From Rhynchobatus australiae (Eukaryota), in contig JAUZTB010000033.1 in NCBI GenBank assembly GCA_034780895.1, positions 10,447,477-10,511,476 of the forward strand: 64,000 nt of DNA, written 5' to 3'. The stretch's first letter is position 1. Each line of letters starts with the position of its first letter. Shown here piece by piece: positions 37,743 to 50,668 of this stretch. The notes beneath the pieces were generated by a model. It did no database searches, had not been told where the DNA came from, and was given only the letters and a program-made list of their open reading frames with translations. The translations under genes were made by a program, and so were the position numbers.

Positions 37743-39416
37743 CTGGAATATGGAAGAATTGCCTTACAAAAATACAAATTCTGTTAATTGTTTTTTTTAA
37801 ATTAAATATTGCCTTGATTCCAGAACATAACCTAAAAGGCACAGAAAAAGCACTTTTTCAACCTTGGCCCAATTAAAATGTTTCTTTTGTTGAAGGTTTA
37901 CAAAAAAAAACAGATACTGATAATTTTCTCTAAGCTGCTTTCAATCATCTAATTGTGGGGTTTATGGGTTCATTAAAGCTAATGCACAGAAGTATCATGT
38001 GCTGAATAACTAACTAAAGATTTCCACAAGGTTAACTTCCATGAATTATATTTCCAAATTAAAAAATCACACCCTACAGATAGATAGATTTCTTTATTAG
38101 TCACATGTACATCAAAACNNNNNNNNNNNNNNNNNNNNNNNNNNNNNNNNNNNNNNNNNNNNNNNNNNNNNNNNNNNNNNNNNNNNNNNNNNNNNNNNNN
38201 NNNNNNNNNNNNNNNNNNNNNNNNNNNNNNNNNNNNNNNNNNNNNNNNNNNNNNNNNNNNNNNNNNNNNNNNNNNNNNNNNNNNNNNNNNNNNNNNNNNN
38301 NNNNNNNNNNNNNNNNNNNNNNNNNNNNNNNNNNNNNNNNNNNNNNNNNNNNNNNNNNNNNNNNNNNNNNNNNNNNNNNNNNNNNNNNNNNNNNNNNNNN
38401 NNNNNNNNNNNNNNNNNNNNNNNNNNNNNNNNNNNNNNNNNNNNNNNNNNNNNNNNNNNNNNNNNNNNNNNNNNNNNNNNNNNNNNNNNNNNNNNNNNNN
38501 NNNNNNNNNNNNNNNNNNNNNNNNNNNNNNNNNNNNNNNNNNNNNNNNNNNNNNNNNNNNNNNNNNNNNNNNNNNNNNNNNNNNNNNNNNNNNNNNNNNN
38601 NNNNNNNNNNNNNNNNNNNNNNNNNNNNNNNNNNNNNNNNNNNNNNNNNNNNNNNNNNNNNNNNNNNNNNNNNNNNNNNNNNNNNNNNNNNNNNNNNNAG
38701 TCCGAACACCCCAAAGGAAAAATGCACAGAATTATCAGAGTCCACTTTAAGTACCAAAAAACACATTTCTGCCTTATTTTTCTTTAACTATAAAGAAGGG
38801 GCACATAAGTGTCACCATTAGCAACCAGGGACAAGAGTTCAAATCCCAACTTGGCAGCTTGGGTCTTAAATTCAAGTAATTAAGTACTTCCAAAATTAAC
38901 AGTAATAATGAAACTACTGGAATGTCCCATGATAAGCAATCTTGATCACCACTGCCCTTCAGGAGAAGGAATTGGATATTCTTATCCCATCTGTCATACA
39001 TATGACTATGGATCTATTAAGGTGGCTAACTCTTAATTGCCTCCTCATTTCAGGGGCAATTAGGGATGAACAGCAAATACCAGAATTGCCTGTGAAGTCC
39101 ACATTCCAAATTGTGACTATGAAGTGTTGTGATCAATTGCCAGTGAGTGAAACAGCTTTTTAGCCCTTGCACCGTGAAGGAGCATGGAACACAGCCAAGG
39201 GATTAACAGAATGTTCATACTGACCTTAACATAACCCTGTCTTAAAATAACATCCACTTACTGCAGTGAAAAAATTGCATTCTCAGCAAAAGTTTAGTCC
39301 AAATGACTGAGTTTTGTGAAACATTTCAAAATTGAAGCAAGTAAATAAAAGGGGATGGGAAAAATCGGGCAGAGTAGTTAGCAAAGAGAAAGAGAATATA
39401 TTGTTAAAAAGCCCAC

Positions 39417-39443
39417 CTGGGCCCAGCTGCCCTCTTCATCATC
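39417..39443 (-). CDS. PPFIA1: 27-nt microexon (DDEEGSWAQ)
   Basis: Upstream TTGCTTTTCTAACTGCTTTAACATCAG acceptor, CAG|GTGGGC donor, phase 0-0. Homologous to ESEEGSWAQ of liprin-alpha-2. Confidence 0.9.
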
Positions 39444-40599
39444 CTGATGTTAAAGCAGTTAGAAAAGCAAGAGGAAAATATGTATCAAAGTTAATAATGA
39501 TATATTGGTTTAGTAAGCTTTCATAATCAGCAACAAAAACCAGCAAATGTAAATTCCAAGCACAGATATTACTTTTAAGCTTAAGTAATCTATGTTAAAT
39601 AGTCAAGCAGATTGTTAGAAGATAAAGAAAATATGTACTTGATAGATTTGCATTTCGCAACAACCTTTCTATACAAGCATACCATTAGTTTGGACAAATT
39701 CAAGATCCCTTTGAGTTACTTTCAGCAGGCAGAGACATTTCTTTTACATTATAAACAACTGATAACAGAATACCTGTTTATTCCATGCTTTAGAAGATTA
39801 TAAAAAAAGGCAAGATGTTCTACATAACATATTTGTCATTTAACCACAGGAATGCTNNNNNNNNNNNNNNNNNNNNNNNNNNNNNNNNNNNNNNNNNNNN
39901 NNNNNNNNNNNNNNNNNNNNNNNNNNNNNNNNNNNNNNNNNNNNNNNNNNNNNNNNNNNNNNNNNNNNNNNNNNNNNNNNNNNNNNNNNNNNNNNNNNNN
40001 NNNNNNNNNNNNNNNNNNNNNNNNNNNNNNNNNNNNNNNNNNNNNNNNNNNNNNNNNNNNNNNNNNNNNNNNNNNNNNNNNNNNNNNNGGAGGGAAAGGC
40101 CACGTAAGTGATGTCAGTTTTGAATTTATAAAAGGTTGCTGTTGTATACAACTGCCATAAAGACAAAGCCTAGCAACTTTATAGGTTCATGAAATTTGCT
40201 CTGGAAAATAGCCATACTGTTGTGATCCCTCCAGCACAGAACAGAATACAAATCTGATTCGAATGGGACAATGCTACTCGAGTCATGCAGCTTCCTCCAC
40301 AATTCCCATTGTATGTTCAATAGAAAGGATACTTGATTATATACTGCATTAATATTGGGAGTTGTACCAATTGCACAGTAACATCCCTAAGGCGAGACTC
40401 AAAGATAGAATCCAGACTTGCAGACATTGTGCATCTGGGTTATTGAATTTTTTTTTGGGTGTGCATCCATCCAGTTCAAATTTCATTTGACATTATAGAA
40501 TTCTGAAGTAATTACAACTAAAAAAAATTTATAAGATTGAAAAACAAGATACAAGGGAAAAGAATGATAGACAGAAGCTACTAATCACATGGGACTAAC

Positions 40600-40662
40600 C
40601 GTCTGTGGTGTGGCAGCAAGAGTTTCCATTTCTTCGTGTGTTAACCAGACATTTCCAGTGGA
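40600..40662 (-). CDS. PPFIA1: 63-nt cassette exon in the SAM1-SAM2 linker (STGNVWLTHEEMETLAATPQT)
   Basis: TAG acceptor, ACG|GTTAGT donor, phase 0-0. Homologous to the GNVWVTHEEME linker insert of liprin-alpha-2. Confidence 0.93.
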
Positions 40663-41077
40663 CTAATGACATAACCCACAGAGACCCAATCAAATCCAAT
40701 GACAGGAAAGCAGTAATAAAGAGAGGTGCCAGATCATTAAGCAATAGGTATGTTTAAGGAGGTTAGCTTATGCTTAAACTACAGTTTGTTAAAATTATAG
40801 CACAAGTTATTTAGCTTTGTAGCTGAAGGATGACATTCTGTATCGATACGGATGTGGGAAGAAGGTCACGTTAAGNNNNNNNNNNNNNNNNNNNNNNNNN
40901 NNNNNNNNNNNNNNNNNNNNNNNNNNNNNNNNNNNNNNNNNNNNNNNNNNNNNNNNNNNNNNNNNNNNNNNNNNNACATGACATGATTTTAATGAAGCAT
41001 TCAGTTTACTCTCTTTAGTTTATTGACATCCAATTTACTACCTTTTATTTATTGGCATCCACAATAAGAACTATTTA

Positions 41078-41443
<366 letters not shown>

Positions 41444-42291
41444 TCAGTGAACAGAAAATAAAATCATTCACAAACTGACTAACCATAACTTCAGCCAAAC
41501 ATCATGAACCCAAGTTTATCCCAACACACCAGATGGGAAACCCTCTAGATCAGGCAGAACATCAGTTTCACACTCCAAATAACATTATTCTCTATCAACT
41601 TTCAACATACATTAATATTGAATAGGATATGAAGACAAATTTCAGCCTGATCCTGGCCAGTTATTTCTACATCTTCCTGCAATTGAGATCTACAAAATTT
41701 ATTTTTGCCACTTGTGTTAATGTTCTCTCTGATCATCTGTGCATTCCTCTCATCCTCCCACTGCATCCTAATCTGTTGATACAAAACTTGTGCAGGAGAT
41801 TCTGAAAATACTCAGGAGGTCAGGCAGCATCAGAAGGTGGAGAAATCTACAATAACTTGTTGAAGCAACTTAAATGTCTGTGTCTGAATTGGCCAAGTTT
41901 GAAATATTTTCTTTTAAAGTCAATAAACTAGTTAGGATTTGGAATACATGCCTAAAAGGTGGTGGAAATATTTCTGAATACTTAGGGTCTACTCACATAA
42001 TGACACAGGAGTCAATTTGATCCATTGCATTCACGCCATCGCACGGAGAACAATTTCATTAGCCCCCTTCACCCTCTCCTTCCTTCCCTCAGTACCATAA
42101 GCAATTAATACAAAATCAAAATATTATAAGAGTATGTGGCTGTAAAATGAGGTCTGAATTAGCCTTGCAGAACTTGGTGGAAATAGACCCATTAGCTGAA
42201 GACTGTTACTAGGCTAACTCTGTGAGTACAAGAAATTTTTAAAAATTTAATGAAAACCAAATCGCTTTTCCATTAAGATCTGCGTTCTCAC

Positions 42292-42373
42292 CTCCAACCA
42301 TACGACCACAGTGGGGCCATCCCACAGCGCAAATGGTAACCCTTGCCTTCGTGCTTCTTCCAATAATTCTGTC
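42292..42373 (-). CDS. PPFIA1: Liprin-alpha-1 coding exon, start of SAM1 ([27 protein letters not shown])
   Basis: TAG acceptor, GAG|GTGAGA donor, 82 nt (phase 2 to 0). Confidence 0.96.
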
Positions 42374-44689
42374 CTAAAGTACAAATCTTGTATTAACAAA
42401 CCAGAATAATTTCCAGTCAATTCATTAACTACACATAAAACTGCAGTATTATCCCTTTCACACTCACAGCAAAATAAACATTCTCGCAGTGTTATGGCTT
42501 TTGACTATATTGTAAGTTTTAATACTTCAAGCATGCAGATTGGGTTAAACTTGCAACATGAAATATTTATAGGAAAGCATGAGCACTGTTTAGTTTTAAT
42601 TAAGCAAAGCACTGTTAGGCAAGTCAGAAAATCCATTCCTACAGAGAAGTGTTGGGTTACAGTGAAGCTCCACGCAGAATATTCACTCACACAGCTGTAC
42701 TCTAAACAGTACTTCCATTCCCAAAGAGTTCCAGTTAATGAGGTTTATGATGGTATTAATATAGCTTTACACCCCAAACTTCCAACACTCATATTTGGTT
42801 TTATTTATTAACAGGATGTGGCATTGTTGGCATTTATTGTCCATCTCTAATTATCATGAACCTAGTGGTTGGCTGCATCAATACCAAGGACAATTAAAGA
42901 ATCCACCAGATAAGGATGCCACATTTTTTTTTCCGGAAGTCTATAATTAACAAGATATGCCGATAAAACAATCTGATAGCATCATCATTTTATGCTAAAT
43001 GATGTAAAAGTAGCTCTTCATGAGCAAAGAGTTGGATGCTAATGAACAAGTTACAAAATGCAAATGTGGAATTGATTGTAAAGTGGAAGATGGTTACTTT
43101 TAGGACAAAAAAAGGGGAGATTCCAATAAACAGCATTTAAGATGACAGTCCAGGGACAAAGAGTTGANNNNNNNNNNNNNNNNNNNNNNNNNNNNNNNNN
43201 NNNNNNNNNNNNNNNNNNNNNNNNNNNNNNNNNNNNNNNNNNNNNNNNNNNNNNNNNNNNNNNNNNNTGAGGGAGCAAGGAACAAACAACTTTGCAATCA
43301 GAGGAACACCATACATTGGCTGGGATATACTGTTGCAGATTTCAAAGTCAGATAGGACAAAACTACAGATCAATTTGGTAAGAAAGGCATAAGGAAAGCA
43401 AACTTATACAAAAAGGACCCAGGATACTGAATTGTACATTAGGTGGATGATTTTAGTGAGGAAGAAGTGTGAACAGATCTATCAAAACAACATTTGATAA
43501 ACTGATCCTCAACATGAAGACGACATACAACACAATTTCAAACACATTAAGGGTGAAATAAAGTAAGCTCTTAGCTGGTGAAACAACAGTCTTGGCAATT
43601 AAATGGAAATTGCTTTGAAATCTCAGCTCAGGGACTTCTCAACTCAGTGCAGTTAGAATGTGGAACTACCACAAGCAGTTGATTTGATGGCATAAAGGAA
43701 TTTGATTAAGGGAAAAAATAATCCAAATATTTAATGATGGGATTAAGTGTGGGAGCAGCTTTAAGTATTAACTCTAGCACAGACCCGTCAGGCAGAATAA
43801 CTTGGTCCTGTGATGTAAGTGGTATGTATTTTCGATATGCACTTCAAGGGCTGTTAAAAGTCAATGATAATAATTAAAAAGGATGAAGAACTCCCTCAAC
43901 TTTTTGTCACCAACAAGAAAAATCTAGGCCAACTCCTCATGCATTTTATAAAAAGTTTTCTGTCCAGTGCCTTGGGATATCTTACTACTTCAAAAATACT
44001 TTATAAATGCAAGTTGGTACTGGCTAGTATGATTTTGCCAAATAATAAAGGCTGTGCATGACTATCCACTTAATGATCACTGGATTTACACAGATCACAT
44101 ATGAAGATTGCTTAGACATGATAATGCTGTAAGTGCTACAGAGGTTTTTGAGAAATAGAACTTTGCAGCTCAATAAGAAACTCTTGCTTAATACCTGGCA
44201 ATATACACCCCAACCTTCAGCATAACCTCTTTTCCAGAGCAAAATTCAGGCCTTGATTGAAAGGTTTACACCTCTACTTTTACAAAATACAGGCCTTAAT
44301 CCAGATACTTCCACAGAGAATCACCAGTAATGTTACATGATTGACTGGGAGAGGTCCAATCATATGAAGTAGGATAAATACAATTACTTTTCCCATCTAG
44401 CCCTGTGGAGTTTAACTGCTACAGGTGATTAGGTCAAAGACTGAGATTATGCTTGCAAGGCAGATATTCCATTACAACAATTTTAAGCTATGGCAACTTT
44501 TTAAACAANNNNNNNNNNNNNNNNNNNNNNNNNNNNNNNNNNNNNNNNNNNNNNNNNNNNNNNNNNNNNNNNNNNNNNNNNNNNNNNNNNNNNNNNNNNN
44601 NNNNNNNNNNNNNNNNNNNNNNNNNNNNNCAGACACTGACAAAGAGCAAACCAAAAGCATTCATGAAAATTATTGATAAATGAACTTAC

Positions 44690-44701
44690 CCTGATTTATT
44701 A
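44690..44701 (-). CDS. PPFIA1: Candidate 12-nt microexon (TAATAAATCAGG; changes LKKK-TELL to LKKNNKSG-TELL)
   Basis: Long pyrimidine tract + TAG acceptor, AGG|GTAAGT donor. Phase 2-2 and stop-free in the PPFIA1 frame. Confidence 0.6.
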
Positions 44702-45034
44702 CTAAGGTCATGGAGTGAATAATAACATAAGAAGGGAAAGAAATGAAAAAAAATGTAAAACACTAATTTTAAATGAAAAATAAAATGATAGGGGAAAAGG
44801 AAAGGATATGGGGATGAAAGGATGTTGGGAAGAGCCAAGCTTCCTCCTCAGTTGACATTGTTCAAAAGACATTGGTTGATTTTAAACATTGCCACTTGCA
44901 GTGTGAACCATTCAAAATATCACTGCAGTAATTTTACAAGATTATTTTTAAAAACCCAAATAGTGAAATAGAGTCAAAATAGCCATGCATTTTTGTAACT
45001 ACTTCAGAAAAAGTTTTTTTTAAAAAAAACTTAC

Positions 45035-45125
45035 TTCTTTTTCAATTTCCTATCTTTTTCTGCTTGACCAAGTTTACTGAGTCCCAAAGTATCCTGAGGA
45101 CTGGTTTCCATATCTGGTATGCCAG
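45035..45125 (-). CDS. PPFIA1: Liprin-alpha-1 coding exon (AGIPDMETSPQDTLGLSKLGQAEKDRKLKK)
   Basis: TAG acceptor, GTAAGT donor, 91 nt (phase 1 to 2). Matches human QDALGLSKLGGQAEKNRKLQKK. Confidence 0.94.
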
Positions 45126-46714
45126 CTATAAAATTTAAAGTTAAATCATTATAATTTCTTCATGAAAATAAATGATCTAACTGATTTCAGAAAAATTTGC
45201 AAATTGGATTTTGAATGGCAGTTTATTCCTCCTTTAAATANNNNNNNNNNNNNNNNNNNNNNNNNNNNNNNNNNNNNNNNNNNNNNNNNNNNNNNNNNNN
45301 NNNNNNNNNNNNNNNNNNNNNNNNNNNNNNNNNNNNNNNNNNNNNNNNNNNNNNNNNNNNNNNNNNNNNNNNNNNNNNNNNNNNNNNNNNNNNNNNNNNN
45401 NNNNNNNNNNNNNNNNNNNNNNNNNNNNNNNNNNNNNNNNNNNNNNNNNNNNNNNNNNNNNNNNNNNNNNNNNNNNNNNNNNNNNNNNNNNNNNNNNNNN
45501 NNNNNNNNNNNNNNNNNNNNNNNNNNNNNNNNNNNNNNNNNNNNNNNNNNNNNNNNNNNNNNNNNNNNNNNNNNNNNNNNNNNNNNNNNNNNNNNNNNNN
45601 NNNNNNNNNNNAACAGATTGGAACCTAGCTTAACATTCCATCTGCAATTCAAATGTACTGTATGAAAAATTAAGAATTAATTAAATATAGCCTATTAAAA
45701 TTATAAATATGATTGGAATATTAATTCAGAAGTGCTCAATTTTATCATGCTTCCACTAGTATCTAACCATTCTTCATGTAAGCAAAAATAAATATCAAAT
45801 GTTGAAAATATCACACTCATAAGTACCAAATTACTCCACATTACATACAATTACAAACTGCTTGCCCAAAGTATTAAAATTATGCAAATAATGTTAAAGG
45901 CAAAAATATTCCAATTTTAACATGCAAATGTTCTTTTTTTCCTGTTAATGGATACTAGTAGGCACTGTGGCATCAGGAGAAATAAAACACATCTAGCATA
46001 TTATGTAGTTGCACAAGGCTGGGATCCAACAAGCATCATGCCAGTATCATTGTTCAATAACTTATACAAATCATCATAGAGTACAAGCAACTTGCCTCAC
46101 TACTGTTTACCAATGCACGATTTAATAAAGGCTTCATTTTGGGTTGGGGGGGAGGGGGGGGGAAGGTGAATTAATTAAAAAAAACATGAAGATAATGTAA
46201 ACGAGTTTAAACTCAAAGCTATGCGATCGCTTTCACAACTTTGCTTTCTCAAGACTGCTTTCTTCCACCGTTGGAACACTGTCTGTTCCACCTATCCCAT
46301 ATTATCACTGAGACTCCAGATCATGCTTTCCATGCCTTCTAACTCGCCACAACTGCAAATTATTTTGAATGATACTGCTAGTTCCTACCAGAACAAAAGT
46401 TTCTTCTTCAGTATAGTGATTCTTGTTAAGTGCTACTGAATTATGTTATAGTGAAATCAGTTTCAGAAATCACTGTGAACTTCTACACTTCAAATCCAAG
46501 TGATTCCTTTCGGCATCATGCCACTATTCCATGTTCTTTCACGGCAGGCATACACTCGTGATTAAACTGACCCCAGCTCTCTAGAAATTCATGTGCCTGA
46601 ACTCCTGCACTTTTGTTTCCAAAAGTGCAGAAGACTTCTTTCTGATCTGCTCCTTATCTCCATTTATTTCTTGCATCATTTTGGTTCCCTTTAGTAATTT
46701 GTTATGTGAGCTGA

Positions 46715-47415
46715 CTCAACCCAGAAACAAAGGTGTGGGGGGCAGTTGGCAGGCAGTGTGGTTGATGTGCATGTGGTGTATTTGGACTTTCTGAAAGCTT
46801 TATGAAGATGTCCCATACGGGAGTTTGGTTAACAAAGTTATATTACATGGAGTTGGGGAAAAAATACTGACATGGATTGAGAATTGGTTATCAGACAAAA
46901 AGCAATGAGTAGGAATAAACAGATCTTTCCCAGGTTGGGGTGGCCAGAGAGTGGAGCTTGGAGCCCAGCTATTCATGATCCACATCAATGATTTAGCTGA
47001 AAGAAGCAACTGTAATATTCCCAAATTAGGTGATAATGAAAAGAGTGGGATTATCATAGGATGATGTNNNNNNNNNNNNNNNNNNNNNNNNNNNNNNNNN
47101 NNNNNNNNNNNNNNNNNNNNNNNNNNNNNNNNNNNNNNNNNNNNNNNNNNNNNNNNNNNNNNNNNNNCAGCACAACTAGGTAGACAAACTGAGTGAATGG
47201 GCAAGAATATTACAGATTCAATATAGTGTGGAAACATACACACAATGACAAAACAGTGGTGACAGATCAGGCAATAGTAGATTGCTGGGTAATAAGGGAA
47301 TCAAGGGGTATGGGTGTAATGGGAGATATGGGGAAAGTTGAGGTAAAAAAATCACAATAATTTTAATATATTCTACAGCAGGCTTGAGGGGTCAAATGAC
47401 CTACTGATATTCTTA
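46715..47415 (+). mobile_element. Decayed CR1-type LINE fragments
   Basis: Remnants of DVVYLDF.KAF, TWIENWL and LFMIHINDL, plus a ttgaggggtcaaatgacctact tail. Confidence 0.65.
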
Positions 47416-47667
47416 AAACTCAATGCCATTGTTTAATTAGGTATGACGTACAGAAGTATATTACTATTGAAGTTGAGGTGATGTGACAAGTTTCTGATGA
47501 CAATGGGGAAATTAAATGCTGTTATCAAATAAATTCAGGAATGTGCTTTTACAGTCTGTTCTCTACATGTGATAATTCAGAAGTTTTTCTTCTTGCTTCC
47601 TCTGCCAAAGGCAGAGAAAACAAAGGGATTTCTAATTATGTCAATGGTCTGAAAAACAAAGGACTGA

Positions 47668-47808
47668 AGATGCTGGAATCTAGGTGAAAAGCACCATGAT
47701 ACTGGAGTAACTCAGCAGACCAGGCAGCATCTGTGAAGAAAAGCAGGAGGTCAACGTTTCAGTTCAGGACCTTTCTTCAGGCTTCTAAGTTCCTCCAGCA
47801 TCACAGGG
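47668..47808 (-). mobile_element. Penelope-derived terminal-repeat fragment with hammerhead-like core
   Basis: Minus strand 47750-47780 reads CTGAAGAAAGGTCCTGAACTGAAACGTTGAC, followed by the cagatgctgcctggtctgctgagtt family sequence. Confidence 0.6.
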
Positions 47809-48259
47809 TTCTAATTCAATGCTCCCTTCCATTTAAAAACAAAACATTAGCAACTTGAATGCTCTCAAAAGCTGCTTAAAAAGAGCAAAATCAGGAGTTT
47901 GAAATGCAGAACATTTTAAATTTCAGGAGGAATACACAAATATTACAACTTGCTGAATGGGGATAAAACTGGCATTGTTGATGATTTTAATGGAAGTGAA
48001 AATTAGACAATTTATTTAGCTGATGGCTGATTTGCTTTGGCAGTTTCACATCTGGTACAGAAAGTTAACTGTTTGTCCCAAGTGTTTAATTAGTAAAAGT
48101 CAATGCATATTTTTAAATTATGATATTATTACAATGCAAGCTTTACCAGCCACTGCTGAACCCATTTAGAGAATGGTTAATGAAAGCAAGATACTGAATT
48201 AAGTGCAATCAGAGGGAGGGACATTCACTCAGGCAATTTTGGAAAACTGCTTTAAATCA

Positions 48260-49330
48260 AAAAGTAGACGTTGCAAATGTGGTCACTTCATTCAAAAAAG
48301 GTGGCGATTAATCATGGACATAAAGATAGATTTGGAAAAGAGAGGTCGTGCCTGACTAATTTGATTGAATTTTGTAGCAGTAACAAGGAGACTGTCAATG
48401 AGTAACTTAACAAGGCTTTTGACACATTCACTTATGGCAGGGTGAGGAAGAAGGTAAACAGCCATGGGATCTAAAGGAGAGTGGCTTTAATATTGATTCA
48501 GTGGATCTAATATTGGTTCAGTGGCAGGGAGCAAAGGAAAATGTCTGATGGGCATTTTTATAGCTGGAAAGTTGTTTCAAATGGAGACCCACAGGGCTTC
48601 ACACTCATTGCACGTCTGTGTTACATATTTAAATTTTATTTTCAATGCAACAGGCATGATAAAGAAGTTTGCTGTGGTACAAAAACTGGTCNNNNNNNAA
48701 ACTGGTCATGTGATAGACTGGTCAATTGGGCATAAAAGTCGCTAGTGGAAATTAGGCCATTGCTGTTCTTTTATTTACCGAAAGCATTGAATATAAGAAC
48801 AGAGAGTTTATGCTAGAACTGTGTACAATACTGCTTATGTCATAGCTTGAGTACCGGGTTATTATACAACAGAAAAGATGTGATTACATTACAGAAGATG
48901 CAGAGATTTGTAAGGATATTAACAGGAAAAGAAGATTACAGCTCTGAAGACATACTGGACAAGCTAGGGTTGTCTCCTTTAAAACAAAGGAGATTAAGTA
49001 GAGGTGTACAAAATTATGAGGGGCCTAAACAGACTAAAAAGGAAAGACCATTTCCTTCAGCAGAGTGGTCAAATAATAGGAGTCACAGATTTAAAATAAT
49101 TGGTAGGAGGTCTAGTGGGCAAGTGAGGAAGAGTATTTTCACTGAAAAGGTGCAAGTCAGAAACCCAAATCACATTTAAGCACTTGGGTGTGCAGAACAG
49201 CTGTGTAGCCAGCAAGGAGGGACACAGAGCTAATACTAGAAGGTGAGATTTGGCAGCACTCTCAACTGGCTTCATTTGATATCTGAAGTAGTTGCTCACA
49301 AGTTCATTAGGGCAAAATTACTAGCTGGTC
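48260..49330 (+). mobile_element. Heavily decayed CR1-type LINE
   Basis: Remnants of RGRSCLTNLIEF, KAFD and RKDVITLQKMQRFVRIL...DKLGLSPLKQRRL. Confidence 0.7.
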
Positions 49331-49765
49331 ACAGACCAAAGGTAAAGGTATACACTACATTTGAGTTGATCCCTCCTCACGCTATCAAAAGGACTCCATC
49401 TTATTACAACCTGAAGGTCAAATATCATAGGTGTAGTACTGAGCTGTCAAAATTAATTGAAAGTTGTGGCTATTTCACAAAAAGCTTTCATGCTAAGTCT
49501 ACAACATGCAGACAAGCATTAATCCAAAGTACAATCCAAACCACATAATTCAAGAACACCAGAGCAGAGATTCAACCTGAACTTTAAAAGGTAGCAAGGA
49601 AAGAGGGCCAAGATCGATGGACAGTCATTTGATAAAGAGAAACGAGAAAACAAAATTTAAATAAAAGTAAGGATAAAATCTTACAGGGCAAATTATAGTA
49701 AAAATTAAAAGCTTATTGACAAAAAGTACTTATTCCAAAGTTTTCTCATTGACTTCCAAACCAAC

Positions 49766-49938
49766 CTTGCCCCGTGGGATCTTTGCCGGACTGTCCAAGC
49801 CGACCCTTTTCTTTCTTACCAAAGAGTCGCCCAATAGAAGACTTTATACTTTTCTTTTTGGGAGCTTTGTGAAGAGAATCTTGGCTGCTGTTGCTGCTAC
49901 TGGGGTTGCTTGTTTGACCATCCTGAGACCCAGTCGAA
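49766..49938 (-). CDS. PPFIA1: Liprin-alpha-1 coding exon (STGSQDG...[24 protein letters not shown]...GQ)
   Basis: TAG acceptor, AAG|GTTGGT donor, 173 nt (phase 2 to 1). Conserved [18 protein letters not shown] motif. Confidence 0.97.
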
Positions 49939-50124
49939 CTATACAAGTTACATTTAAGAAAAAAAAGTTTACTGCATTATTTTTACAAATACAATAGCAA
50001 AAACAGTTCAGTTCAAGGTGCAACATCAATACAAAAGCACACCAACTTCAAGCCAGATCTAAAAATGGCAGACTAATTTAATTCATAATCAAAAGTTTTA
50101 CTTTCCATCTACAAAGACAACTGG

Positions 50125-50668
50125 GCTGCAGTCAGTAGAGCTGCTGCCTCACAGCTCCAGCAACCTGGGTTCAATTATGACCTCTTGTGATGTCTATATG
50201 GAGTTCCCACTTTCTATCTGTAACTATGTGGGTTTCCTCTGGGTGTCATATAGTCAAACTGCATGCAGAAAGGCTATTTGGCCGACCCCATACACACTGA
50301 CCAGTGGACACCCATCCACATTAACCCCATTTTGCACCAGTGGTCCATAAGCCTTCTACATCTAGGCAACTTAAGTGCTCCGGTTTCTTCCNNNNNNNNN
50401 NNNNNNNNNNNNNNNNNNNNNNNNNNNNNNNNNNNNNNNNNNNNNNNNNNNNNNNNNNNNNNNNNNNNNNNNNNNNNNNNNNNNNNNNNNNCACAAAGAT
50501 TGTGCTGCTTGGTAGGTTAACTGGGCTCTGTAAAATGCCTCTATTGCGTGAGTGAGTAGTAGAATCTGGAGAGAGTTGAGAGGAACGTGGGGAGAATAAA
50601 ATGGGATTAGTGTAGGATTAGTGTATATGGGTGCTTGATGGTCAAAAGGCCAAAAGGGCTCTATGACA
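50125..50668 (+). mobile_element. HE1-like SINE with a nested inverted CR1-tail fragment and a gap
   Basis: tRNA-like head gtagagctgctgcctcacagctccagcaacctgggttcaa, gtgggtttcctctgggtg core and gggattagtgtaggattagtgta...gggtgcttgatggtc tail. Confidence 0.65.

Noticed and set aside
50125-50200. tRNA-like A/B box sequence
   Set aside because: It continues into a SINE core and tail with no cloverleaf, so it is a SINE head, not a tRNA gene.
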